Part shown: one piece after another, positions 40,270 through 54,500 of the stretch | How the letters are laid out: each line of letters begins with the position of its first letter | Numbering within the stretch: the stretch's first letter is position 1 | Assembly (NCBI GenBank): GCA_050084985.1 | Contig: JBITNC010000001.1 | Coordinates: 130,200,001-130,264,000, forward strand | Length of the DNA: 64,000 bases | Source: Nageia nagi | Taxonomy: Eukaryota > Plantae > Pinophyta | Reading direction: 5' to 3' | The notes under the pieces: generated by a model | Told to the model about the DNA's origin: nothing | The model's database searches: none | The model's input: only the letters and a program-made list of their open reading frames with translations | Program-made: the position numbers and the translations under genes

Positions 40270-42001
40270 TTTGATATTAGTTGATATGAATTTTAGTTAG
40301 ATTTGTATCAAAAGCATATTATTAGATGATGGTGGTAAAGGATTAATCTTATTTGGGTTATGATGATCAATGTTGGTGCTACCAGTAGCATTAGCTTTGG
40401 GGTAGTTTTCATCTTTGGTTCAAAATGAAAGACTTGGGGGCATGTACTCAGGGAATTATCAAAAGAAAATTTTCTATCTCTTGATCTTTTATGGATTTGA
40501 TTTTTAGTTTGTACACATTACTATGATCTTGATTGCATACATACTTATTTTATTGGAAAATGAAATGAGTCTCTTTGTAAATATTTGAAGACATCATTTT
40601 TGGTTTGGAAAAAATTAAATCATTTCCTTATGATCATATTCTTACTTATATCAAATGCATATTTGATCACATGTTTGTTTTATCAAAACTATTTAGGAAA
40701 TATCATATCATATGTTATTTGGAAATTATGCATGTCCTTGTTGGGTGGACATTAAATAACCATCATTATTATGACTTTATGATCATTTTATTTTTAAATA
40801 TGACAACCCTTTGGGTTAGAAATTTATCATATTATTTGGATTTGATTTATGTATGAATTTATTGGGAAGATATTGATAAAATAACATATATTGAAATATG
40901 ACAACCCTTTGGGTTGAGCATTTACTATCTTTATGTCTTTACTAGGAAGACATTGACAAAATCCTACATACTAAAATATGAAAACCCTTTAGATTATGAT
41001 TACCTTTGTTGTTTAAGGTAGAACTAACCACTTGCTTTTATTTTCATTCATGTTGGGGTATAGTTTTATAACTTGTATTGGTTGGGTTTGAACTAACTAC
41101 CACTATGATTAGCTTTTTGACCACTTTTTTGGGTTAGGATTAAACTAACCATCACTATGATAACTCTTAATGAAAATATGTTTGCACCCATGAATGGGGC
41201 ATATTTTTTCCTCCATGATGGTGTGACTATCATGTGTTCATGATAATCTTTGTTGGTTAAGTTTAAACTAACCATATTTATGATTTCTTTTTTATAATCA
41301 TATGTGTGCATACATGAATGAGGCATTAGGCATTTTTGTGATGATTTACATATATGAATAGGATATTTGGTGCTTTCATGATGATGTGTACATATTATAT
41401 TAATTTTATCCTTGATCTTTATCACTATATGATTTGTGATGAAATGTTATGTATGAGACTATGAATGGTATTCTTGCTTCTTCTTTGATGGAATTGAGTG
41501 GTACCATGATAATATCACACACTTATGATGATTATTTCTCTCATCATCATTTCTATATATTATAGAATTAATCATCATACATATGTTTGAAAATATCAAT
41601 TTTTTATATCTTTCTTCTCTACTTCATTTGAAAGAAAAATTTTACTTCAAGATGATTTCATTCTCATTATACTTGCAAAAGGGGGCATCTATTGATACCT
41701 AATTATGGTCCACCTAAGGTAGTACCACTTAGGTATTTAATCATATTTATTTTATATCATGCTATTAAGTGTTTTATTATATTAATATTATATTATATCA
41801 TTTATATGATTATATGTTATGTTGGCCCATTATGGAATATTACTCATATGGTGTATTTCTATTCTTGTAGGTATCCTAATGTCAATGTTAGTGTCAAGGC
41901 ATTCTATAGAGGAGTACACTTTCCTATAAGAGAGGGAATACCTCACATTGGTTCACTATCATATCTCTTCTTGATATGACTATGCTTATTATCTTCCAAA
42001 G
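40270..42001 (+). mobile_element. 3' non-coding region, PPT and LTR start of another Gypsy-like element
   Basis: Short repeats atgacaaccctttgggtt (40800, 40898, variant 40978); PPT-like aaaagggggca at ~41677 followed by t(a/g)ttgatacc. Confidence 0.5.
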
Positions 42002-42574
42002 TGTAGACACCTAAAAATGAATTCTTATTAATAATTAATTTTTATAGCATCAAGAAATATATTTTATGAGTAAGAGGGTCAAAATATACCCCAAGGCATT
42101 GTATTTAATGTAATAGGACCATTAAAAAATGCAGGTGGTATTATTATACTTTAAGATAACAACGATGTTTTGTAACACCACCTATCAGTTGATCTGTTAT
42201 TATCCCTTTGTCACATTTCTTATATAATTATTTGCAAATGTATCACTAAATGGTTTGCATCATCAATGATGTGATAGTATAAGGGGAGTCGATGTCATTC
42301 ATATGTTGATTATGTTTAAAATGATTATGCAAAGGTATATCACATGATTGATATTGATAGATATGATAAAGTACATTAATTATTATTATGATTATTAGAA
42401 TGTTTCATATATATACTATAGTATTTGGATAGTAGAGGAATATCCAAATATTGTAGTATATATATATACTACATTATGGTGAACCTGCTATTTTGATCAA
42501 TCTTTGCCCTCCTGGTTAAGATTTAGCAAAAGTTTTTCATATGGATCTAGCTCTATGAATGCTATGTTTTTTGA

Positions 42575-45365
42575 GTGAGAGGCATTAATGCCATGATGGC
42601 TCAATATTTAACTCAAATTATGTTGGACCTAACTCAAGAAATCACAACCTTAACTCAAATTGTAACTCAATTTACTCCAAATCCACAGACTACAACAAGA
42701 ATTATAGAATTAGAAAATAGTAGAGATCAAAGTAGTAATGAAGATTATGATGGTGTGTTCACTATACCCTTATCAGTAGATATCCACAACTATCCCCTAC
42801 CACCTAATTGCAAGGCCTCAAAATTCAAGATGTTTAGTGGTGAACAAGATCAAAAGCAACATCTTATTAGATTTTAGGATTTCTTATTGAAATGGGGATT
42901 TTATGAGAAGTTGATAATGAAATTATTCCCAAGAAGTTTGAAAGATGATTCCATCTAGTGGTTTTCTAAGTTTTTTGGAGTGACCTATTGATTTATTATA
43001 GTCATTGATAACAGTAGAAAATGAGGTAAAAGTTATAGATTTAGGGTATGCATATCATGTTGAAGGTAATATAGGGCATGGATGTCATGAAATAGATGAA
43101 CAAATAAATAGTTCTTATTCAATAGTAGTTCTCTCTTTGGATCCTATTCAATTAAATAATGAAATAAAAAAATAGGATTATGGATAATTCTTTTTCATTT
43201 CCTTTTGTTCATAAATACATGGTTGAAAATTGTAAGATATAGGAGGAGGATTAGGAAAATTAGAATAAGGAATACCTTCTTTTCCTATTAATTTGGGAGC
43301 TTAGAAAGATAAGATGGGACTAAGTAGTGAGTAGAATACAAAATAAACTACAATACCTATTAATTTTGTTCTAGAATGCAATATGATAGAGATATGTGAT
43401 GAAATTGATGAAATAAATTGGATGGATGATACTATACCACTTGAGTTTGATTATTTCTCTACTAATGAGGGCATATTAGGATACATGGGGGCATGTTCAA
43501 AATTTCCCATATCAAATCCAAAAAGGAAACCATGTTACATATTTAGTCAATAAGAATACTTTGGGAAAGAGATAAATATTAATGAAGTGTTTCAGGTATA
43601 ACAAGTTGATAAAGATGATATGGACAACCAAGAAATACTAGGATTGGAAGAGTTACCTTCATTATTGCAAAGAAAATATAAATCTACATTTTCTATAGAA
43701 GAATTGATAGAGGTTAACATTAGCACAAGTGATCAGGAAAGGTTGATAAAAATTGGTGTTGCTCTCCTAATACCATCTCAAGAAAGAGAGTTGAAAATAT
43801 ATGGGGATTCAAATCTTGTAGTCAATCAGGTTGAAGATGTTTATAATACCAATGATGAAAAGCTCAAACCTTATAAAGAGGCAGTTTCTAATATATTAAA
43901 TCATTTTTACAAGTATATAATTGAGAATATCCCAATGAAAAATAATAGGTATGTTAATGCAATGGCAAGTGTTGCTTCTTTAATGCTTATTCAAATATAG
44001 GATGAAGAAATGATCCTTAAAATCAAGAAATTAGGGTCACCATCTTGTTCATATGAAATAACATAGGTGGAGGTTTATTGTATTTCATAGGAAGTGAGCA
44101 CTTCAAAATGATATGTAGATATTTACAATTATCTTAAAAATTAGATTATTCTAGAAAAGTTTGATATAAATGAAAAGGTAAAATTAAAATAGAAAACACT
44201 CAAATATGTCCTTACTAGAGATATATTATATAGGAAATCATTTGACGGAGCTCTTTTAAGGTGCCTAACACATCATGAAATAGAAGAAGCATTACACTAG
44301 GAACATGAAGGAATATGCAAGGAGCATTTCTATGGAAAATAATTATATACAAAGCTCCCATGGATAGGATATTATTTTCCTAGAATGGAAGAAGATTGTA
44401 AGGATCATATCAAGACTTGCTTAGAATGTCAAAATCATACAAATATGAAAACTGAGGCTACATAAGAGCTTCACTCAATAGTATCACAATGGCCATTTAC
44501 AATTTGGGGTATTAACTTGATAGGATTGATAAATCTTCATTCTAGAGATAGACACAAATTTATCATCACAACAACTGAATATACAACAAAATGGGTAGAG
44601 GTAATACCAATGAAATCAGTAACATAGGAAAAGATCATCAAATTTTGATTAAGAATATTATAACATGATTTGGTATCCCATAGCAATTGATTTTGAATAA
44701 TGGGATGAAATTTAAAGGAAAGAAGATGACAATTTTATACAAAAAGTTTCACATTGAAAGAAAGTGTTTTTTAGTTTATTACCAAAAGGAAATGGATAGC
44801 CAAAGGCATCAAATAAAATAATCAAGAGCATACTATCAAATACATGGGATAGATATAAAAGAGATTGGTATGAATAATTACCATATGCATTATGGGCATA
44901 TATAACAAGTGTTAGAATAACAACAAGGGTAACTCTATTCATATTGATTTATGGAGATGAAGTACTTATACCATTAAACTTGAAATTCCATCTTTAAGGA
45001 TATCATTACAAGGAGATATACAAGATGAGGATGCTCTGAAAGTGAGATTATAGTAGTTAGAAGCTCTTGATGAAAAAAGGATTCATGTTATTGAACATCA
45101 AAAGGTATATCATGCAAGGTTAAAAAGTGATTTTGGCAAAAAGATCAAGCCAAAGATGTTTCAAGTAGGAGATTTGGTACTCAAAGAAAATATTAATAAG
45201 ACTATTACAAATGATGAGATAAAAGAAAAATTCAAACCAAATTGGTTGGGACCTTTTGTTGTTGTGGAAGCTATAGGATCATGTGCTTATACATTATCTT
45301 GAATGGATGGAAAAGAAGAACAAAAAACATCCAATGCCATCCATCTTAAATGATTCTATGCATGA
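42575..45365 (+). pseudogene. Deleted gag-pol of element D (gag, partial aRH, integrase; RT absent)
   Basis: gag KFKMFSGEQDQKQHL, KLFPRSL; aRH LKIYGDSNLVVNQV...NRYVNAMASVAS; INT EHEGICKEH, CLECQ, QWPFTIWG, EYTTKWVEV, NWLGPFVV. Confidence 0.92.
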
Positions 45366-45511
45366 AGATAATGAGTTCATACCTCAAAAACTAAATGATG
45401 AATTCTACTGAGGTATGTGTATTTATGTTTTATTTCAATTTCAAGTTTTTATTTCCAAATTTTAAATGAAATTAGCACCACATTTCTTACTTTTCCATCA
45501 CCAATGTCATG

Positions 45512-45516
<5 letters not shown>

Positions 45517-45542
<26 letters not shown>

Positions 45543-45543
45543 T
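45517..45543. repeat. (TA)n microsatellite
   Basis: About 13 consecutive TA units. Confidence 0.9.
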
Positions 45544-45559
45544 GCATAACATGTTCGAA

Positions 45560-45904
45560 TCAAGGACATATAATACTTGATCATCAATGGCCAACGATAC
45601 GGCTAGTGAGAGTTCACTCACTTAAATGTAAACTAGTGATACAACTATAAGCAAGGATGTTAACATTGGCTCATACCCAATGGATGATACACCTTACCGT
45701 GTATCCAAAATGGTTATGCTTACAACCTCAAAAAGCATAATATCTTTGGATCAAGGACATAAAATATCTGATGGTCAATGACCAATGATACAACTAGTGA
45801 GATTTCATTCACTTAAATGTAAATCGATGATGCAATTGTAATTAAGAATATTGACATTATTTCATACCTAATGAATGATTCATTTTATTGTGTATCCACA
45901 AATG
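45560..45904 (+). repeat. Diverged tandem repeat, ~192-bp period, in the 3' UTR of element D
   Basis: tcaaggacata...ctagtgaga...cacttaaatgtaaa...gtgtatcca at 45560 and 45752. Confidence 0.88.
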
Positions 45905-48501
45905 ATACTATATTTCTAATGCAATCTTCCATCATAGAGTATATTCAAATTTGGTTTTTCTTTACAAGTCAAAAAAAAATTCAAAAGATTCATATCATAA
46001 GAGCAAAGCATAGAGGTGTCACTTACTAGAAAGCCTTCAAACCACATGTGTTCATAGACTTCTTTAAAAACCCCTTTTTTTTAAAATTCACTACCTTCTC
46101 TTTTAATTTATTAAACCCCTCATGGTAAATCCTTATACAATAAATAATAATCCTTTTTTAAACTTATCATTTTACCAAAAAAATTAAATAAGTTTTTAAT
46201 ACTCCTTAGTAGTTTTACCCTTTAATATCATCACTTTGGATTATAGCGATCCAATACTTTGTCAATTGAAACCATTATCTTACATTATTTAAAATCACCA
46301 AAAATGATGACCTAAGGGAAGACTATCTTGATGATGAAATTAGAGTATAGTAATGGTCCTTAGTGATAAATTCTAAGAGATCTATTTATGGCTCTATTTA
46401 TGAAGATAAACTCTTGATGATAAAATACAAGTATCTTCTTCTATGTGTGCAAGTGTAAAAAGAAAAGGTTCTTCTTAAAATGATTTATGCAATGGATTTT
46501 TTCCTTTAGCACTTCCATAACCTTTTTGATCATATAAGATCACCAATCAATGCAAATCAAAAACATACTTTGATCTTGTGGTAGTTTTTTAGTATTCAAA
46601 GTTATACACTCATAAATAATAGTAAAGAAAGTTGCTTACTTGTAGAATACCGATAGAATATTTTGCACCCCTACCCCCATCTCCTTACAAAATACTTATC
46701 GATATACCAATAATTTAACTTGATATTAAAAATACCTCTTATTATGCACTCACATGGTATTTACCATTTCCTAACAGTGATCCCCATGTGAAGCAAAGAT
46801 GACACATCATCAATGTCATTTGATATGCCTTAGAAAAATCAAAATTTTTGAAATGCACATCTCCTACGTGTCCAGATATGGAAGTTAAGATGTAAGACTT
46901 AAAACATGAGGAAGCAAATCATTCTATACTGAAGTATAATAAGGGGAAAAGTGTAAAGATATTTTTTCTTAGTTGCACTAGCAAAGGAGATTATTCTTGG
47001 AGCAACCAAACCAAAAGGAGATAGAGAAGGGGCTTGCATCAGAAGATCATGTTGTTGAATAAGGAATTCAAATTTCTTAAAATTTTCTTATACTATTCTT
47101 ATTTGTACATATAATTCAATGTAATTAATTAAACCTTAAAAGAAGGGCAAATGTAGACACCAAAAAATGGATTCTTATTAATAATTCATTTTTATAGCAT
47201 CAAGAAATATATGTTGTAAGAAAGAGGTTCAAAATATACCCTAAGGCATTGTATTTAATGTAATAGGACCATTAAACAATGTAGGTGGTATCAAATTCCC
47301 ATAAAGGCACTATTGACTATGTAATGTATGATGATACCAAGGTAGGGAAAAGATCTAGACATGGCTATAAAAGAATACCAAAGACAAAGATTTACATATA
47401 AGTAGATGATCATCAATTGAATAAGAGACTTAATGCCTATCATAATTATAGATAATAATAGTATTTTGTAACACAATATATTAGTTGATATGTTGTTATC
47501 CCTTTGTCACATTTCTCATATCATTATTTACACTTCTAGTTCTTAATGGTTTGTATCATCAGCAACATGTTAGTATAAGGGGCATTGATATCATTCATAT
47601 GTTGTTTACATTTCAAATGATTGCACAAAGGTATGTAATATGATTGATATTTCCAAATATGATAAAGTACATTGATTATTATTATGATTACTAGGATATT
47701 TTAGATGTATACTGCAGTATTTGGATAGTAGATGAATATTATCTTGTTTATTACATTGTGTATTATTTCCTATCTACATAAGGTATTCTTAAATATTGCC
47801 TATTGGGATAGAGATTTAATTATCACATGAGCACTATCATTATTTTATTTCATTATTATATGCTATATTAGAATTATCATTTATCATATTCTTATTTAGA
47901 TCTTGGTTGTAAACTCTACTAATTGGAAGCTCAGCATTTGCACTTTCTCTAATGTTAGCTCTACTATTCCTGAACTTAGCATCCATGTTCTCATGCACAT
48001 CCACAATAGTGTTCCTATCTCATGTTAGTGTGGAGTCCACATATCAAGACAACCTATCCACAATAAGTTCCTATTTGCATATCTCTTCGATATCTAGGTA
48101 AGGTAACCGTTATTTATCTCTTTTGAATATCTTATCTTCTTATTTTTATTTGATATTAGACTTGATCTAATAATTTGAATACTTAATTTATACATTATTT
48201 CATTATTCAAGTATTTAAGATTATTGTATTCCTTGTTATTTGGTTGTTTGCATATTATCACATATGAATGTTTAACATAGTTTCTACTTAGGTTATACTA
48301 GGGGTCACTAAAAACATTCAACATTAAGATTTAATTTAAAATTAAGATTGATTTGTATATTATGATTTGATTTGTACATCAAAAATTGTAAAATAAAAAG
48401 TGAAAAACTTTACCCTTATATGTTTATACTTTCATGAATGTGTCACTATATACATATATATATATTTACATTATTGAATGAAATATTATGTTTATTGTTG
48501 A

Positions 48502-50982
48502 TGTAATAGAAAAATATTTGGTGTGAATTTTTGGGTAGAAAAATGGGGGCACTTTATTTGATATCAAATTCTATTTTGTAGACAAAGGAAGATGCTTCCT
48601 TGGTTGGGATTAGGGTGTTTGGAATGTTTATTCCTTATTTGATTTTGATTTTTAGCTTGAATCTTTATAGTCTAGGAAAAGATTGATGATTTTGTTTATT
48701 GGGTTTGTAATTTATTTTTGAAAATAGTAGAATTTAAAAGAAAGAAATAAAAATAATAATTAGGTGAATGAATATTTTCCTAGAATATAAACCTTAATGT
48801 TAGTTTAAGATAACATTAAGCTAAGTTTGTAGATGTTAGTTCTCTAATCTAATATTAAATAAGCATATACTTACTTAGTGAATAACATGAAGATTATTCC
48901 TAGATAGCTAGACGTTAACATGGTAGTTAACTCTAGTAGCATACCCTAACTAGAAGATAACGTGTAGGTTATACCTAGTATTGTTATTGGTTAACAAGTA
49001 TGTTTCAAAAAATAATCAAGATATTCGCATGAGATATGGGTAGGTGGATATCACAGGTTAAGTGGTGCCCTCTTCATGAGATATATGGATAGATTAGAGA
49101 TAACCATTAAATGTCTAATAAACAAATATTGATCTTAGCTTCTTATAATGGGAGGTAATATGAAATTGATCTACCAAGGCATTATGCTTAGTTCAACTAC
49201 ATGGGATTACATGTAGTGTGAAGGGATGTGCATATCCCTTCTTAGGTGGATGGTACCTAAGAAGTAACCTAATGATCATCATGATTTTAGGTAACTTAAG
49301 CATGGATATATTTAAGTTATAAGCTATCACTTTGATATAAAATTATGGGAACTAATTACTCTCACCCACTTGGGGTTTGTATGAAATAAATAATATATAT
49401 CTACACGTGGAATGCCATTAATATAATTATTTTGGGTATTTTTAAGGGTAAAACTTAATAGGAACATCTTAGAAAAACTTTTATATGAATGTTTTTGGTT
49501 TTACCTTGTTTAGACAAGTTACAAACAATGGTTGTACTAAGTATTTCATTGCAACTTAATGATTGCTTTGAAGGGTATTATTCTTGTAGTTTGATGAGGA
49601 TAACTAAGAATAATCCTATGGTTGATGACTAGGTCATACCATTTGAAAATTTATCAATGTAATGAACGAACTTAATTAAATGATAGATTATTAATGAGAT
49701 AATTTTATAAGTATGGTGAAAGTTTACTATATGAAGCACCTTTGATAATGAACATTTCAAAGTTCATGGATAATATTTTTTTTTTTTTAATGGAGATTGC
49801 CACTATGAACTTTGGAAGCCTGAGGAGATATTTTTGAGTCATCCTCATAAGGTTGATTGTTGCAATGTATTTATGAAGGAAAGAGCTTGTGCTAAGGTGA
49901 AAAAACATGATAAAATCTTAATTCTTATTTTTTTAATAGAAAAATTTAAGGAAAATCTTATGAAGATACTTATCTTTGAAATTATGAAATTTTGAGTACA
50001 AGAAAATTTTGTTAAGCATATTCATTTTCATATTTAAAATATATCTCAAGTTATCTCATTTTTATTTTCAAAATAATTATTATAATTTAGACTAACACTT
50101 ATTAGATTTTATTATGAAGCTAAGTAACTTAATAATTGTTTTGAGTACTCAAAATTATAAGATTAAAGGACCACAAATGTTAAAATATTTAAGAAAATTA
50201 TTTCACATTTCATGGATCTTCTCTTGAGAATAGAGAAATAACTTGGTGTACTTATATATTTATGTAAATATGATTGAGATATGTTGAAGTGATATTTATA
50301 GGAAGATAAGATATGGAAGATATCTTAGGCCAAGTGTAGCCTATTTTTATTAGCACATGGGAATCTATAAATTTGTTCCCTAATGTATTTTATTATGAAT
50401 AATTAAGTAATATATTTGCTTGTATGATATTTAAGTCACCTTATCTAATTTAGGGTTGTTTTGAGTATTTATATCTTCAAGTACTCTTGAACCATCTAGA
50501 ATGAATGTTGGTTATGAGTAAGTAAGAAAGGAAATGATTGAGAATGTTGATAACCCATAAGGGTAATATTATGCATGTAAGCATTTGGTGTTGGTTGTTT
50601 GATTAATGGGATAGTATTTTAACATCGACAAGGTAAAGGAGCCCCTTACCGTTATGAATTTTCATTTTGCATGGTTATATTTGTGTAATATGAAGTTGTT
50701 TATTGGAATTTATTTCCTTTTTTGAATGCTAAGTGATTATGCTCTTATGTTATCTAGCATTGTATCTTACATTTTACTTACAATTAAGTAAGTAAATGTG
50801 TACTTATATGTTTATTATATTATGTGGAAAAGTGCATTACTTAATTCTTATTAAGTTCTTAGCAAAAGATAAAGGGCTATGTTTATTCTTATTAAGTGCT
50901 CTACTTAAGTAGCTATAGATAATATTAAAAAAAATGTATGTTATTTGCAAGTAGTGTGAAATTATTTTACATAGGTGTTACA
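48502..50982 (+). mobile_element. Probable Gypsy solo LTR
   Basis: TGTAA...ggtgTTACA inverted termini; non-coding; no matching TSD. Confidence 0.5.
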
Positions 50983-51549
50983 AATCTTCAATTTGTATGT
51001 ATTTTCAATAGAGAGCCTAAAATTTGTAAATGAATAGACCAGATTGTAGAGAAGAAAAAACCTAGAATATCCTTTCTCTTAGATCCAAAAATGATTTACT
51101 AGTTGTTTGAAAGATCTAACTCTCTAAAGTTTACAAAGGATTTTAAAATTTAGTTGTAGGTTTACAATATAAAAAAAAAACTAACATTGATTTGTTTTAG
51201 AATTTTAATATATCAATAATGAAATTATAAATTTAATTTGATATATATATGTAAATATTTTTAATTAAGTAAAATATAAATAAATATATTATATTATAGA
51301 GGGATACTAGCATTAAACGTGCATAGGTAGGTCAAAAATCGATGTACCCCTCCCAAACTATGTATGCCATAATGAAAGGAGGTGGTGACTATGTGTAGTA
51401 GATGGTAGTTGCTGGTGGCTAAGTCCTCATACAAGATATTCATATTCCATTAAGAATTGTTTAAATAAATTTGATTTTTTATTACATAAATTTTATTTAA
51501 TGTAAAAATAAATCTTAATATTATTTATTTGTTATTTATTATTTAATTC

Positions 51550-54500
51550 TTTTTTGAATGAAAAAGCCTTTTTATTAAATTAAGAAACCTTCTTCATACA
51601 AAAAGGACAAGTGGAATTTGCACACACTATATAACATACCACCAATAATACAAAATTTTCAACCTTTCAAAAAATACCAATGAATAAAAAGAACCATAAA
51701 TATCAAGAGAAACTATTATCACCAACACACATCTCAAAGTCCAACCAACCATCCAATAAGCATTTAATAGTATTTAGATATCAAAGTGAGGAGGGTGGAT
51801 TTTATCAAAAAAGTTCATATGCTTCCACCCCTATTATCATCAAACATTACATTCCAGCCATCATTATCAATGGCTCCATTATTGGCTTACTCTCCTTCAA
51901 TGTAGCATGCTTCTCATTCCCTGGAAGCTCATGAGACCTGAGTTGTGACTCATCTTCCCAACCCACCACATGAGCAGATAGAGAGAGTTGAAGATCCTAT
52001 CCATTATTTATACAAAGGTTGTACATCTTATCAACTAGAATTACTTCTTACATACAATAAGGATTATGCGAAGGCTAAGAATAATGACATTGCAATGAAG
52101 GAGCTAAGTTGTGTGCATTATATGAGTGATGGCTAGGATTGAGGTTGTAAGAGAGGCAATGACCATGACCTCCTCAACTCCAATAGTGGAGGAGGAACAT
52201 CCAATTAAATACTAATGAGGGTACATGGAGCATTACCCCAATGGTTAAGTAGATTTCATAATTGTTGCACTTCCATGATCACCTTTTCAACTTGAACATA
52301 ATTTGCAACCATGAATAAAAAAATATAGAGTACTTATTAGCAAGAGAGAAAGAGATTGAAGTCACTTGTGTCCTAAAGATAATATTATTTTTGATTTTCC
52401 ATAGATGATAGATAATACTAATATGAAAAATATGGTAAACTTCATTGATAGGTTATGAAAACACCATAGGATCTCCTAGGATATCATGAACCCAAATAAT
52501 AGAAGTAAGGAAAGGATTGATAAAAGAGAGAACCTAATCTGAGGCTTCATGAGCTTTAGGAAAAGACAAAAATACATGAACAAAATCTTCCAATTCCAAA
52601 CATAAAGCATAAGTCAAGTTAACCACACCCAAATACACTTGACGATGGTCAATAGGAAGTCCCTAATGAAGCAAGATCCAAGTAAAGGAACTATGCTTAG
52701 GTTCTAAATACTTAGTCCAAAATACATTGAACTTAAGAGACCACTACGATTGAGTAGACACTAAATCCCATTGCAAGTTCATAGTATCAACTATGGAAAC
52801 ATTAGGGAAAGCCAAGTATATCTAATATGAGGCTTAAATTTTAAAAAATTAACATTCTTGGGCCAAGACCAATTAGACCACCAAGGTTTTTGAAATTATT
52901 TGTCAAGCCAAGACAAAATAGGGAAAGGAGTATGATCAATCATAACATCAAAAGTGGTTTTATTATCCACATTCAAACCATAGAGTCTTCTAAAAAATTC
53001 CCAAGAGAACTAGCTCTTAGTGTGAGTAAAACAAAAATTAGTAAAATAATTTATTCCCTTTTTATGAAACCTTAAATATCAAATCCACTGAATTTTAGCC
53101 AAAGGAAGACCTTCAATGCGAATTATAGGAGACCACCATAAATTAATTATGGAAATTGATGCCTCTACATACTTTTTGCAAAGTTACCATGAAATTTAGG
53201 GCTTGAAGGCTTTCCAAGATTTCCAAATAATTTTGATAACAAAAGAGCCAATAATTTTTACCAGAAAAGAATCATAAGAATTATCTATAGAGATATACCT
53301 TTCCAAACATTTTTTTCAAAGAGAAGAACTAAGGCCAAATAATGATGGATAAGAAATTTCTAGATTTCGTCACTAGTTAAGGCTCTTAAAATCCACTTTG
53401 CATAGAAAGAATACCCTTGTATCTAGTAGATAAATAGTCTGATACCCCTAAAAGACTAAGGAAGATAATCAATATTCCAAGCCACTCTACAAAAACCTTT
53501 CTTATGAACATAAAAGACCTAAATAAAATCATAAAGAAGCTTATCAAGTTTTCAATAACAAGTTTTGGAAGGGATCCAATGAGAAAAATAGTAGACATGG
53601 GTAGAATCCAACACCTTGGAAAAAATTTGAAAATTCCTAGCCAAAGATAACTTCTCAGTTACCCAATAAACAAGCTTTTTTTCAACTTTTTGCACTACAA
53701 AATTCCAAAGTTGAGAAGGAGAAGCTTGAAATCCAAAAGGAATGCCTAGAAGTTTGAACATCCCACCATTTCAAATCCACTTTCAAGGAAAATAAGCAAG
53801 CTAATTAGGAAGTGTATGAATAGACTTCCTATAACAAGAGGTTTTCTAACATTGAATACTAGAACTTGAAGCTAAGCAAAAAGTATCAAGGCATTTGAGG
53901 AGATTTAGAACAAATTCCTTATCTTTTCCAAGAGAGAGAAAGGAAACATTAGCAAAATGGTCATTTAAAAGATGAACTTGAGATTTAGGAAGGGTAAACC
54001 CCTTAAGAAGACCTTGGGAATATTGATGAGTAAGAAGATAATCAAAGACTTTAACTACAAGAATGAATAGAGAGGGGGCTAGAGGACAACATTAGAAAAC
54101 ATATCAAGTTGAGATGCATCTCTAAAAAGCATCTAAATGGATTTTAAGAAAATAGGACCAAATCCAAAGCTTCCAACATATAAATAATTAAATTTTCTAT
54201 TCAATTTGATCATATGCTTTCTTAAAATTAATTTTAATGAATAGAGCATCTTGATCAAAGGATTGGGCCCATTCCATGCCTTCCTAGACTGTAATTACAT
54301 TATCTAGAATATATCGTCCCATAACAAAACCAATATTCTCAAGATGAATAATCAAGGGAAGCAAAGATCGAAGCTTAAGAGAAAGAGCCTTGGCTATAAT
54401 TTTGTAGGTCACATTTAACAAAGTGATGGGACTCCAATTGTAATCACTTTAGGACCTCCAAGCTTAGGGATAAACTAAATATTACATTTATTAAGCATAT

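Larger units (their letters stand above)
42002..48323 (+). mobile_element. Ty3/Gypsy Tat/Ogre-like LTR retrotransposon with internal deletions (element D)
   Basis: LTRs begin tgtagacacc at 42002 and 47152; PPT aaaagaagggcaaa at 47138-47151; 3' LTR ends ttcaACA at ~48323; gag, aRH and INT remnants inside. Confidence 0.9.

Noticed and set aside
45380-45800. Hammerhead ribozyme (atgatga, ctgatgg near stems)
   Set aside because: No CTGATGA...GAAA core with the three required stems.
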